Shown here: in pieces, positions 9,339-17,970 of the stretch | Numbering within the stretch: position 1 is the stretch's first letter | Layout: every line of letters starts with the position of its first letter | Virus record (IMG/VR): IMGVR_UViG_3300010938_000006 | Span: 1 to 64,000 of that record | DNA length: 64,000 bases | Reading direction: 5' to 3' (one strand) | DNA from: a virus | Notes under the pieces: generated by a model | Database searches by the model: none | The model's input: the letters and a program-made list of their open reading frames with translations, nothing else | Told to the model about the DNA's origin: nothing | Position numbers and translations under genes: made by a program

Positions 9339-10365
9339 TTACCCTATCCACTGCTTCTTTAAATTCTTGTGGTTCTAGACCTAGAGATATTCTAACATAT
9401 TCCGGCTTACCAAACAAGTCTCCATTAAGAACTTTTACTTTAGCAGCTTCAAAAGCTTTATCACATTTTGAACCTTTAGGAAGAAAAGCAAACATGCCAT
9501 TAGGAGACATAAACTTTACGTCTGCGATATCTTTATGCAGTGTTTTAAGTACTGTCCTATTCATAGCAAAATCTTTTTGACATAAAGTAACAAAATCATT
9601 GTATATTTCTGGTTTAGAATCAAACAGTTGTTCTAATTTTAATACTATTTGTTGGGAAGCAGAAGACACTCCAGTTGTTGTAATTTCCATATATTCAGAT
9701 GCTAATTCAGCATAAGTAGCATTATTAGTAGCTAAATATCCTATTCTAAGTCCTGATAATCCTAAGGATTTTGAATATGAGTGTATATACATTGAACAAC
9801 TATTCTCTAATCCAAATAAGGTTGGTAAATATATTTTAGAATTATAAGCTCCATCATGAATGAGAGGTAAGTTATCTGCTTGACAATCCATGTTAAAAGC
9901 ATCAAAATCTTGTTGATTCATCATATACCCATCTGGATTATTGGGTAGCGTTAATAAAATAGCTGTTTGATCATCTATCAGCGTATTACTATGAATTACA
10001 TTTAAATCCTCTTTTAAGGCTAGGGTGGGGAAACTTACCCAATAAGGTATTGGTATATATACAGAATCGTAACCTTGGGCCTTTACGGCAGCAAAGGAGG
10101 ATGATATAGCTTGCTTTGCACCATTTGTTATCACGATATATTTATAGCCCGTTTTGTTCTTTAAAAACTCTACTAATTCTGGTATTCCAGTAGAAGGTTT
10201 ATATTCGTGCGTAAGTATGTCATTATTACAGACAATATGGTTGTTTACCCCATGCTTATCTAATACAGATTTAAGGTTAATAGATACTAACTTAGGCTCG
10301 CCTACAGCTAAGTTAATCCAACCTGGAGCCAATTCTTTTCTTAACTGTAAATCAGGTTTACTCAT
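9325..10365 (-). CDS. PLP-dependent aminotransferase (class I/II fold)
   Basis: PLP-lysine motif YSKSLGLSGLRIGY and LPNNPDG, in a 346-aa fold-type I length protein. Its 3' end overlaps the polA ATG. Confidence 0.75.
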   Translation of the reverse strand: MSKPDLQLRKELAPGWINLAVGEPKLVSINLKSVLDKHGVNNHIVCNNDILTHEYKPSTGIPELVEFLKNKTGYKYIVITNGAKQAISSSFAAVKAQGYDSVYIPIPYWVSFPTLALKEDLNVIHSNTLIDDQTAILLTLPNNPDGYMMNQQDFDAFNMDCQADNLPLIHDGAYNSKIYLPTLFGLENSCSMYIHSYSKSLGLSGLRIGYLATNNATYAELASEYMEITTTGVSSASQQIVLKLEQLFDSKPEIYNDFVTLCQKDFAMNRTVLKTLHKDIADVKFMSPNGMFAFLPKGSKCDKAFEAAKVKVLNGDLFGKPEYVRISLGLEPQEFKEAVDRVNAQI

Positions 10366-10441
10366 ATAAGTGCTTGGTTACCTTTTTTGCTCGTTTTGCC
10401 CCTCTTTGTAACAAATATTCGTAAGTCCGTTCACCAGTCAT
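10358..10441 (-). CDS. 27-aa mini-ORF ending HLYE
   Basis: MTGERTYEYLLQRGAKRAKKVTKHLYE. Its TATGAGTAA end embeds the aminotransferase ATG. Confidence 0.3.
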   Translation of the reverse strand: MTGERTYEYLLQRGAKRAKKVTKHLYE

Positions 10442-10450
10442 AGGAACTGT

Positions 10451-10690
10451 TTATATATATTTAGCAAAGTCATTTAACATATTATGGTGTAACAATACGT
10501 CATATTTTATGTGTTTTGGGCTGTTCTTATTTTTAAGAACTTTGGCCTTTATTTTAAGAGCAAATTTTTTATTATTTTCTACTTGTAATATCATTCCATC
10601 TGATAGGATAAGAATATCTTCTATTTCACAATCTTGGATATCCTTATAAGTACCAGTTTTATACCAAATATTCAATACATCAGTTCCCAT
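10451..10690 (-). CDS. hypothetical protein
   Basis: 79-aa ORF. Confidence 0.5.
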   Translation of the reverse strand: MGTDVLNIWYKTGTYKDIQDCEIEDILILSDGMILQVENNKKFALKIKAKVLKNKNSPKHIKYDVLLHHNMLNDFAKYI

Positions 10691-10919
10691 ATAGAATTTT
10701 TATGGCTTTACCAGTCATTTTAGTTATTTGACCTTTATTGAACATTAATTGATTAAACATATAATGTTTACTATTAGAATTCTTTCTCTTTCCAAAAATT
10801 ATTTTGCCGTAGCCAAAAGCTTTATTTCTACCCCAAACTTTAATTATGATTGTGCCATTGATAGGGCTTTTAATTTGAATGATAGAGCCTTTCCTTATAC
10901 TCTTCCATTCTTGTTTCAT
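10680..10919 (-). CDS. LLY-tail family small protein
   Basis: Ends KAIKILYGN. Has an SH3-like GSIIQIKSP strand. Confidence 0.55.
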   Translation of the reverse strand: MKQEWKSIRKGSIIQIKSPINGTIIIKVWGRNKAFGYGKIIFGKRKNSNSKHYMFNQLMFNKGQITKMTGKAIKILYGN

Positions 10920-11479
10920 TTTATATAACCTTCTAAAAGCATAGCTAAAATGAAAGCATGACCCATTCGTCTTTCTTCATTATGAATTACATCATTAAAA
11001 GACATTCCTAAAGATTCATAATCATAACCATCTATGTCAAAAAGAGCTATATTTTTATGTTTGGAATAGAAATCTTTAAGAGTTTTAAAAGCTTCAGTTT
11101 TAACTACAGCTTCGGCATACAACGGAATATAAATTTTTTTTCTAGCCTCAATATATCCTAATTTCTGTTCATCCCAATAACTATATAATGGAATAGCATT
11201 TTTTCCTGATGGGTATCTATCTGCCCATTGTTTAGCCCAACCCTTTTCTGCCCATTTAAAATAATCAGGGGTTGGATTACCTTTTGAATCAGCATGACTA
11301 GGATATACTTTGGCGTATTGCCAAGCATTTTCAACATTTTGAGCACTAGTTCCATTATACAAAGGAACAGGGCCAACTAACATAGGGCTAAGATTTCTTC
11401 CCCAAGTGCTAGAAGTAGTGGTAGTATTTATAACAAAAAAGCCAGTAGCTCTTTTATCCCTTGGTCCTAGTATTTTCAA
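10916..11479 (-). CDS. hypothetical protein, possibly NADAR-related
   Basis: LSPMLVGPVPLY...NVENAWQYAKVY loosely resembles the NADAR SNF...EHYFQAxK pattern. The resemblance is weak. Confidence 0.25.
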   Translation of the reverse strand: MKILGPRDKRATGFFVINTTTTSSTWGRNLSPMLVGPVPLYNGTSAQNVENAWQYAKVYPSHADSKGNPTPDYFKWAEKGWAKQWADRYPSGKNAIPLYSYWDEQKLGYIEARKKIYIPLYAEAVVKTEAFKTLKDFYSKHKNIALFDIDGYDYESLGMSFNDVIHNEERRMGHAFILAMLLEGYIK

Positions 11480-11849
11480 GATTCACCTGCTTAGTAGAAA
11501 GGTCTGTATAAGCTGAGTTATTTTTACCTTCTTTTATTTCACGAAGTGCTCGTTTAATCTTTTGTTCTGAATTATGAAGTCGGGTAACATCTCTTTTATG
11601 ATTTTTCAAAAATTCGATTAGATCGTCAATCTTTTTTCCGCTTAAAAGACTACAATCATAATCTCCATATTGACTAGTGGGCTTACGAAATACATATTTA
11701 GCTGCGGTTATTAGTCTTTTTAACATACTATCATGGTTTACTAATCGAACTTCTGTGTACACTTCACGATTTTCTACATCTGACATAAATCGAATAGTGT
11801 GTGCCATACTATAGCAATCACATTCTATATATTTTGTCTTAATATTCAT
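11454..11849 (-). CDS. hypothetical protein
   Basis: 131-aa ORF. Confidence 0.5.
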   Translation of the reverse strand: MNIKTKYIECDCYSMAHTIRFMSDVENREVYTEVRLVNHDSMLKRLITAAKYVFRKPTSQYGDYDCSLLSGKKIDDLIEFLKNHKRDVTRLHNSEQKIKRALREIKEGKNNSAYTDLSTKQVNLENTRTKG

Positions 11850-12199
11850 TACTTTAGCTCCTTATAAATACGTTTACCTAAGATATCTTCGGCTTTTAAA
11901 TCATCACAGTAAAACAAAGGTTTACTCATAACTAAATCTACGTATTCTTCTAAACCGCAGATTTTAGCAGCTTTGGCCGCCCACGCACTTCCAGTAAGGC
12001 TCCAAATAACAACGCCATAACCTAACCACTTAAACTTCTTAATTAATTCGATATGATTAGTATTTAATACTACAGGTTGTTGCCAACCATTGTTATTTAT
12101 GTATATAACTTTATCATTCATTGATTCTGGCCAGTCATACATAAATAAAGTAGAATCAACATCTACCATTAAAAGTTTATCATTATCCAACTTTACCAC
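11849..12199 (-). CDS. small HAD-like phosphatase/nucleotidase
   Basis: HAD motif I MVDVDSTLF (DxDxT). Confidence 0.35.
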   Translation of the reverse strand: MVKLDNDKLLMVDVDSTLFMYDWPESMNDKVIYINNNGWQQPVVLNTNHIELIKKFKWLGYGVVIWSLTGSAWAAKAAKICGLEEYVDLVMSKPLFYCDDLKAEDILGKRIYKELK

Positions 12200-12220
12200 A
12201 CAACAATTCCTTTGTATCGC

Positions 12221-12415
12221 TCAAGGTTCACCATTTTCGTATAAATAATCTATATCAAAACACCATTCTATTTGTTATTCATCTTTTGGATGAAAAACTA
12301 AACAATCTACTTCATTATAATTATTACCTAATACTCTATAATAAGAGTCTTTAAGTTTAAATACAGTATCTTTAGAAAATTTGAATCCGTAAAAATGTAT
12401 TTCATGCAAACGCAT
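12221..12415 (-). pseudogene. small ORF interrupted by in-frame TAA (12275-12277)
   Basis: ATG 12415. Reads MRLHEIHFYGFKF...HPKDE*QIEWCFDIDYLYENGEP. The frame is otherwise open to TGA 12221. Confidence 0.4.
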
Positions 12416-12428
12416 TACGAATCTTTTC

Positions 12429-12842
12429 CTATAATTCTACTGTCCATTGATATTCTTCAGGACTATGAGCATATCCATTTTTAAACACATAATAATGCGT
12501 TAAGGGTAAAGTGCTTTTTAATAATAAATCTCTGACTTTGCCGTTTTGTTCTAACTTTGCTATATAAGCCATTTTAAGAAACTCTTGAGGAACTTGGTCT
12601 TCTATTCCATCTTGAAGAGATTCTTTACCTAAATTTTTAGCTTGAATTCCGCTGAGTGAACGTAAATTCTCATTACCTGTTAAGATATAATACCAAAAAG
12701 CTTCTACGCTGGCAAATTGTCCAAAATCTTCTAGTTCAAATGGTGTTCGAGGAAAATTAGATAATAAACGACCTAATTCAGTCTTTCCATTAGAATAGAC
12801 ATTAATGTGGTCTATTCCATCATTTTCAGGATTCCATTTCAT
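12429..12842 (-). CDS. NADAR (YbiA/DUF1768)-like protein
   Basis: INVYSNGKTELGRLLSNFPRTPF...GQFASVEAFWYY resembles the NADAR FYS..SNF..P...G..SxEHYFQ pattern. ATG 12842 is in an ATGA overlap with the macro-domain stop. Confidence 0.45.
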   Translation of the reverse strand: MKWNPENDGIDHINVYSNGKTELGRLLSNFPRTPFELEDFGQFASVEAFWYYILTGNENLRSLSGIQAKNLGKESLQDGIEDQVPQEFLKMAYIAKLEQNGKVRDLLLKSTLPLTHYYVFKNGYAHSPEEYQWTVEL

Positions 12843-13297
12843 AATTCCCAAACTGTCCAAGAATATCCAATCTCTTTAATTTTTTTACAGATAATTTCTT
12901 CAGTTTTACTCCAAAGAACTTTAAATAATCCAGCATTAATTTTTGGAGAATGTACTTCTATAGTATTATCTAAATTTCTAAGTAATTCTGATATTGCTTA
13001 CTCTATTGATTGTAGAATTACTCGTTCGGAACTTTTATTTTTACTGTAACTTATACTAGTAAACAAAAACCCTATATTTTGAGAAATGGCTTTGGGATAA
13101 TAATATATTCCTAAACCTAATAAAGCCTCTTTATGTGTATTACACAATCTTTTGTATTCTTTATAATGATTTGGATACTTAATCTTAAATTGAGCGGCTA
13201 TACCTGCTCCCCAAAACCCCGTACAATTGCCCGCATGTATCAATATCGTATTTGGTCCAGCCGCATTAAATAAATTTCCTTTACAATACTTTATCAC
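12839..13297 (-). pseudogene. macro domain (ADP-ribose-binding/hydrolase) gene with in-frame TAA at 12998-13000
   Basis: N-part is KGNLFNA...ILIHAGNCTGFWGAGIAAQF. After the TAA the same frame continues AISELL...VHSPKINAGLFKVLWSKTEEII, which is the conserved C-terminal macro motif. Confidence 0.7.
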
Positions 13298-13908
13298 TTC
13301 TTAGTTCCAAGAATTTCATCTGCTAATCCCATATCAACGGCTTCTTTAGCAGAAAAATAAGTATCAAACATTTGCATACTACGAACTTCTTTTCGTTTAA
13401 GCTTAGGATTTTTCTTGATCATTTGAGAATAAAAAATCTCATCAATCATATTAATAATACGTTTAATTTCTTTAGCTCGGCGTAGCACATTTTGAGTATG
13501 ATCTATTCCACCATCAACACCATCATGAACCATTAATGATGCATTAGGAGCTAAAACTCTTTTGTCTGCAGCTTGCAATATGATAGAACCCATAGACATA
13601 GCATAACCATATACTATAATAATGACTTGATTTTTACAGGATTTGATAGCATCATAGATAGCCATTCCATGATAAACATCTCCACCAGGATTATTCATAA
13701 TAATCGTAATGGGTTTATCTCCTTCTGGAGCTTGCATATCTAATATTGATAATGATTTAATGACTTTTTCTGCCATTAAATGATCGACCCCAGTTTCAGA
13801 ATCATCAAAAGTATAACTTACACTACCCATATAGATTATTCTATTAGTAACATCAATACCATAATCAAAATAATCAGATAATTCGCTAGTTATTCTTTTT
13901 TTAGCCAT
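13294..13908 (-). CDS. ClpP-family serine protease
   Basis: NNPGGDVYHGMAIYD, the GYAMSMGSIIL Ser motif and MVHDG His motif. Confidence 0.8.
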   Translation of the reverse strand: MAKKRITSELSDYFDYGIDVTNRIIYMGSVSYTFDDSETGVDHLMAEKVIKSLSILDMQAPEGDKPITIIMNNPGGDVYHGMAIYDAIKSCKNQVIIIVYGYAMSMGSIILQAADKRVLAPNASLMVHDGVDGGIDHTQNVLRRAKEIKRIINMIDEIFYSQMIKKNPKLKRKEVRSMQMFDTYFSAKEAVDMGLADEILGTKK

Positions 13909-13912
13909 AGTA

Positions 13913-14551
13913 TTACCCTATGCTAATGGTTGAAAACTGTGGGCGCATATCCATATCATTATTGATATTTTTGATTCGTTCGATCATTCGGACATAACAT
14001 AATGCTGTTAGATGAACATCATATAGTGCTTCATGAATATTTGACTTATCTACAGTTATTCCTAAAGTTTCTGCTAGGTTGGCTAGTCCTGATTTAAAAT
14101 TAGTGAATACTCCTGCGTCTGCTAAAAATTGTGCGATTACCGCCGTATCCTTAACTCGATGGCCGAATAAATCTTCAAAACCTTGAATACCGTAAGTATT
14201 AAACAACTCTTTTAGGAAGTTAATATCAAAGGTAACGTTATGTCCTAAAATAATCAAAGGTTTTCCAATAGAAAGGCAAAAATCCACAAATTCTACTAAA
14301 GCGTCATATTCTGATACTCGGCCTTTGGTTTCTTCTTTAATAACGGATAGAGGCGTTTTATTTACCTTTAAAGCACCTATACTAATTTTATTACCACTGG
14401 TATATATCTTCTTGTCAAAAGTTTTGACAGGAATTCCTTTTTCATAATATACAGCACCAATTTGAATAATAGAATGCTGTTTTGGATCTGTTCCAGTAGT
14501 TTCTAAGTCAATACATATAAAATCTAGGGATTTATCTTCAGTGGATTTCAT
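13913..14551 (-). CDS. DEDDh 3'-5' exonuclease (DnaQ-like)
   Basis: ICIDLETTG, GHNVTFDINFL, HEALYDVHLT. Confidence 0.75.
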   Translation of the reverse strand: MKSTEDKSLDFICIDLETTGTDPKQHSIIQIGAVYYEKGIPVKTFDKKIYTSGNKISIGALKVNKTPLSVIKEETKGRVSEYDALVEFVDFCLSIGKPLIILGHNVTFDINFLKELFNTYGIQGFEDLFGHRVKDTAVIAQFLADAGVFTNFKSGLANLAETLGITVDKSNIHEALYDVHLTALCYVRMIERIKNINNDMDMRPQFSTISIG

Positions 14552-14910
14552 TTTAACTCCTGTTTTTGATAGCTATCAAAGCCAGTATAGCATACTTCTA
14601 TTATACCAGCAACTCTTAATGCGTTTGTGCATACTGGGCACGGTTTACTCATACCCATAGTACCATCATTTTTTAAACGATATATATAAGCGGTGGCACC
14701 TTTCGTTTCGTTTATAGAAAGACCTAAAAGACTATGCAATTCTGCATGTAGATAATTACCATAAGTATTACACTTAGGGTGAGTCTTTTTCATATCATTA
14801 AAACCAAAACCTATTATTTTGTTCTTTTTAACGATACAACAACCTAGTTTAAATTTAGAACTAGATTTTTGTGCTAATCTTTTTGCTATGTCGAAATATT
14901 TAGTCTTCAC
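14548..14910 (-). CDS. CDA-fold zinc deaminase (dCMP-deaminase-like)
   Basis: HAE ... PCPVC zinc-binding signature in 120 aa. GTG start. Confidence 0.65.
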   Translation of the reverse strand: MKTKYFDIAKRLAQKSSSKFKLGCCIVKKNKIIGFGFNDMKKTHPKCNTYGNYLHAELHSLLGLSINETKGATAYIYRLKNDGTMGMSKPCPVCTNALRVAGIIEVCYTGFDSYQKQELK

Positions 14911-15130
14911 TTATCTTTCTAAGATTATTCAAGTACTCCTCATTCATTCCATCATAAATACTTCATTCAGAACTTCTATAATCTTTACTATCTTTAAAAG
15001 ATGTAATATTATTAGCTAGTTCTCTTAGAAAATAAGCACAGTCTTGAGGCGTACTAAAATAAAATTCTCCAGATTCCATTCTATCTTCGTTACCAAAAGA
15101 TAAATATAAGGCATTATGCTTTATCTTCAT
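14900..15130 (-). pseudogene. small ORF interrupted by in-frame TGA (14963-14965)
   Basis: ATG 15130 overlaps the upstream stop. Reads MKIKHNALYLSF...DYRSSE*SIYDGMNEEYLNNLRKISED, and the end overlaps the deaminase start. Confidence 0.45.
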
Positions 15131-15668
15131 AAATATCCTTTATATAATCGAATTTGAAAATTTCATGGGTTTTTAATTCAGTATAATTACCGCCCCATAA
15201 CTTCAAAAGTCTTTCAAATTCTTTGTCTACTTCCGCTCTAATTTCTATATTAGTATCTCGAAAGTTATCATTAGCAATGTACGCTCCTGGACTATCTGGG
15301 CGAACAAAGTATATTTTATGAAAAGTATTTAAATGATTAATAGCTAAAGAAAAATATTCTGATGGGAGTTTTAAATTGTAAACTAATCCATAAATAAGAG
15401 TATCCACAGCACTACGATCACAAATAACCACGTCATATAATTGCTCCGCTGAAAATTCCTGGGTTAAATGCTGTACCATACACAGCTTTTGGAATTCAGG
15501 AGTATTAATTTTTCCTCCAACCAATCGTGATACTTCTCGTACATTTTCTTCAATAATTTTAATAGACTTCGCAGGATTATTCTGTTTAAGAACTGCTCCT
15601 AGATGAGAAGCGGCACTGGACTTGCCGGTGCCGTGGCTGCCTATGAAAGCTATCTTAATTTTGCTCAT
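15114..15668 (-). CDS. P-loop NTPase/kinase (NadR-like AAA)
   Basis: Walker A GSHGTGKSS. Start moved to ATG 15668 because the track start overlaps the upstream gene. Confidence 0.55.
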   Translation of the reverse strand: MSKIKIAFIGSHGTGKSSAASHLGAVLKQNNPAKSIKIIEENVREVSRLVGGKINTPEFQKLCMVQHLTQEFSAEQLYDVVICDRSAVDTLIYGLVYNLKLPSEYFSLAINHLNTFHKIYFVRPDSPGAYIANDNFRDTNIEIRAEVDKEFERLLKLWGGNYTELKTHEIFKFDYIKDIYEDKA

Positions 15669-15969
15669 TATTAAGTCCAATCTCTTCGTAAAGACGGAAA
15701 GCAGGACGACGATTAATTCCATTTTGAAACTTATTAGTAAATCCAACCAAATTGATTTTAACTTTTCCGTCAACAACTTTACTAAGAAGTTCTTTTAGCT
15801 TATCTTCGCTAAGAGTAACTTCTACAGAAAGAAATTCATTGTTGTTTTTACGAGAAAGCTTTTTCCAAATAGCGCCAATTTCAGGTCGTTGATTACGACG
15901 TTCAATAACTTCATTTAGACGGTCTTGATTGATTGCAACTCCGAACGTAGGTTTTTGATTTTTACTCAT
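15655..15969 (-). CDS. DUF736-like protein
   Basis: EIGAIWKKLSRKNNNEFLSVEV and RRPAFRLYEE resemble the DUF736 pattern. Confidence 0.35.
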   Translation of the reverse strand: MSKNQKPTFGVAINQDRLNEVIERRNQRPEIGAIWKKLSRKNNNEFLSVEVTLSEDKLKELLSKVVDGKVKINLVGFTNKFQNGINRRPAFRLYEEIGLNNEQN

Positions 15970-16412
15970 TTTATATCTCCTTTTACTAATTTGACTAAAT
16001 CATTAGTAGTTTTCTTTAGTGGAACTTGAAAAAAACTTTCACCTTGATAAACATACTTATTTGGTATTTCTTTTAGAGGAGAAGAAAGTAAATCTTCTCC
16101 TTTTAAAGCCATGTGTTTAGTGCCATCATTATTAAACACGATATAATAAGTAGTTTTGTCAAGTTGGGCGTACTTGTATTTTCTTTGAGGAATTTGTAAA
16201 GTATCATACTCAAAATCTCCTGTCCAAACTCGCTTAAATTCGCACTCTACATAACCAACATGCTCTTCTCCCTTATAGAGAAGTAAGTCTACTGCTGTTT
16301 TCTTAGTGTTCTCTTTTACGGAGAATTTTGAGCCTTCAAAAAGTTTTGCTACAGCTTCTTTAGCTTTACGATCATTTTCTTCATACAATTTTCTATCAAA
16401 ACGCTTATTCAT
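15966..16412 (-). CDS. hypothetical protein, possible PD-(D/E)XK fold
   Basis: VDLLLY...GYVECEFK (D...ExK-like). Confidence 0.3.
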   Translation of the reverse strand: MNKRFDRKLYEENDRKAKEAVAKLFEGSKFSVKENTKKTAVDLLLYKGEEHVGYVECEFKRVWTGDFEYDTLQIPQRKYKYAQLDKTTYYIVFNNDGTKHMALKGEDLLSSPLKEIPNKYVYQGESFFQVPLKKTTNDLVKLVKGDIK

Positions 16413-17683
16413 TTTTTATCTTTCCTAAATCTGATAAATACTGGATGCCGCATAGAATTATCTTCTGTGACTTCCATATATTTTATCTCAATATAAGTAC
16501 CTAAATACTTATCTCTATTATTCCATACTTCTTTCCGTTCGTCAATTGTAAAGCCAGTACCTACATCCACTTTTACGCCATTAAAATCCACAGTAACTCC
16601 TCCTAAAGTACCCACAAAACTTTCTTCTCCTTCATAAAAACCAATGATTTTACCATCATAAGTTTCTATAGGTTTAACTTTCATAATAATATTAGCTTTA
16701 AGAGTAGGTCTTTTCCATTGATACTCTGCATCAGGATTTCTTAACATAAGACCTTCATAATTATTATTTAAATATTTTTTATATAGGTCTTTTACTTCTT
16801 TCGCATTATTGCATTTATCGGTTGCAACATCAATTATACGTTTATAATCTGCAACCTGGTCATTAAGAACTTCTCTTAGAATTTTAAGACGTTCTTCATA
16901 AGGAATAGTACATTTTTGCTTATCCCAGTCTTTAATAGGGATGCAGTCAAAAACTACATATTTTAGCCCTTTCGGGATTTCTGCGTCCTCTGTAGTAAGA
17001 GTAGAGGCTATGTTGTTAAAATTCTCATTATGAATGTATAGCTCACCATCTAATACATACTTATACATGCCTTCTAATGCTTTAAAATGCTCTAGGAGCT
17101 TAGGGTTCTCATAAACCTTACCCGCCCTAGTCAAAAACTTAGAAGCTCCTCGCTGAGGCCAATATATGGCCCTAAAACCATCCATTTTAGGACTAGCTAA
17201 GACAGGGTATTTAATGGCGCTCAAATTAGGCACATCATTAGGTGCTAAAAGTACTTTAAAATCTGTCACCTTAAAAAACTTTTCAGCAGATGTTCCTTTC
17301 AGTCCCTTATTAAAAGTAGTTACTCCTACACCTACTGCTGCTTTTCTTAATATAATCGAGTAGATACCTTCATCTTCAGGAGCCATATTACTAAAAACTC
17401 GTACAACCTCCTGTTTAGCCGCATTTCCTGTTATTTTTCTACTGCTTAGGTCTTGCGCCAGTTGATTAAAGCTTATATAGGATCGTCTAAAATCCCAAAA
17501 TTTTTCTATAGCTATTTCATAGTCTGGAATCTTTTTAATGTAAAATTGGGTATAAGGATCAAGATTGTAAAATAACAATTGAAGAAAATAATCGTTATCG
17601 CTATGCTTTTTAATAAAAGCTTCCTTTTCCGTATTGGAAGACATTTCCATTAATTCACTTATTAGTTTTGTTGGATTCGTCAT
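16409..17683 (-). CDS. ATP-dependent DNA ligase
   Basis: Adenylation motif SPKMDGFR (KxDG), EGLMLR, C-terminal OB-like region. Confidence 0.85.
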   Translation of the reverse strand: MTNPTKLISELMEMSSNTEKEAFIKKHSDNDYFLQLLFYNLDPYTQFYIKKIPDYEIAIEKFWDFRRSYISFNQLAQDLSSRKITGNAAKQEVVRVFSNMAPEDEGIYSIILRKAAVGVGVTTFNKGLKGTSAEKFFKVTDFKVLLAPNDVPNLSAIKYPVLASPKMDGFRAIYWPQRGASKFLTRAGKVYENPKLLEHFKALEGMYKYVLDGELYIHNENFNNIASTLTTEDAEIPKGLKYVVFDCIPIKDWDKQKCTIPYEERLKILREVLNDQVADYKRIIDVATDKCNNAKEVKDLYKKYLNNNYEGLMLRNPDAEYQWKRPTLKANIIMKVKPIETYDGKIIGFYEGEESFVGTLGGVTVDFNGVKVDVGTGFTIDERKEVWNNRDKYLGTYIEIKYMEVTEDNSMRHPVFIRFRKDKK

Positions 17684-17837
17684 ACAAAATTTCTTTCATT
17701 TTAGTGTTTTCTAAAGAAGCGATTTTAATTTTAGTCATTAAATCTATCCCATAGATTGCAAAAATTTTCTGTAAATCATCAATGTCAGTGATTTTAACAA
17801 TTTTGGCAGGCTTATAATACTTGCTAACCAAGTACAT
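17655..17837 (-). CDS. hypothetical protein
   Basis: 60-aa ORF. Confidence 0.4.
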   Translation of the reverse strand: MYLVSKYYKPAKIVKITDIDDLQKIFAIYGIDLMTKIKIASLENTKMKEILYDESNKTNK

Positions 17838-17885
17838 GCCTTTTTTATACGGAAAATTTTTTTTTCAATCTGCTCATATTCAAAT

Positions 17886-17922
17886 CAGGGACCAGCCGTA
17901 GGAGGCTTACGACTGATCCCTG
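17886..17922 (-). terminator. 13-bp stem-loop after the primase-helicase gene
   Basis: On the minus-sense RNA, CAGGGAUCAGUCG/CGGCUGGUCCCUG pairs perfectly with two G-U wobbles. The plus sense would have A-C mismatches. Followed by AUUUG. Confidence 0.5.
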
Positions 17923-17970
17923 CCTTATTAGCTTTAGCGCAGATATTAATCCGACGCTAAGTCTAACAAA

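Noticed and set aside
11849-12415. Fusion of the interrupted small ORF (12221..12415) with the HAD-like gene through TAA and TGA
   Set aside because: The frames are in phase. However, HAD motif I sits at the very N-terminus of the annotated ORF, as usual, so a 70-aa extension is unnecessary. In-phase arrangement has a 1-in-3 chance.
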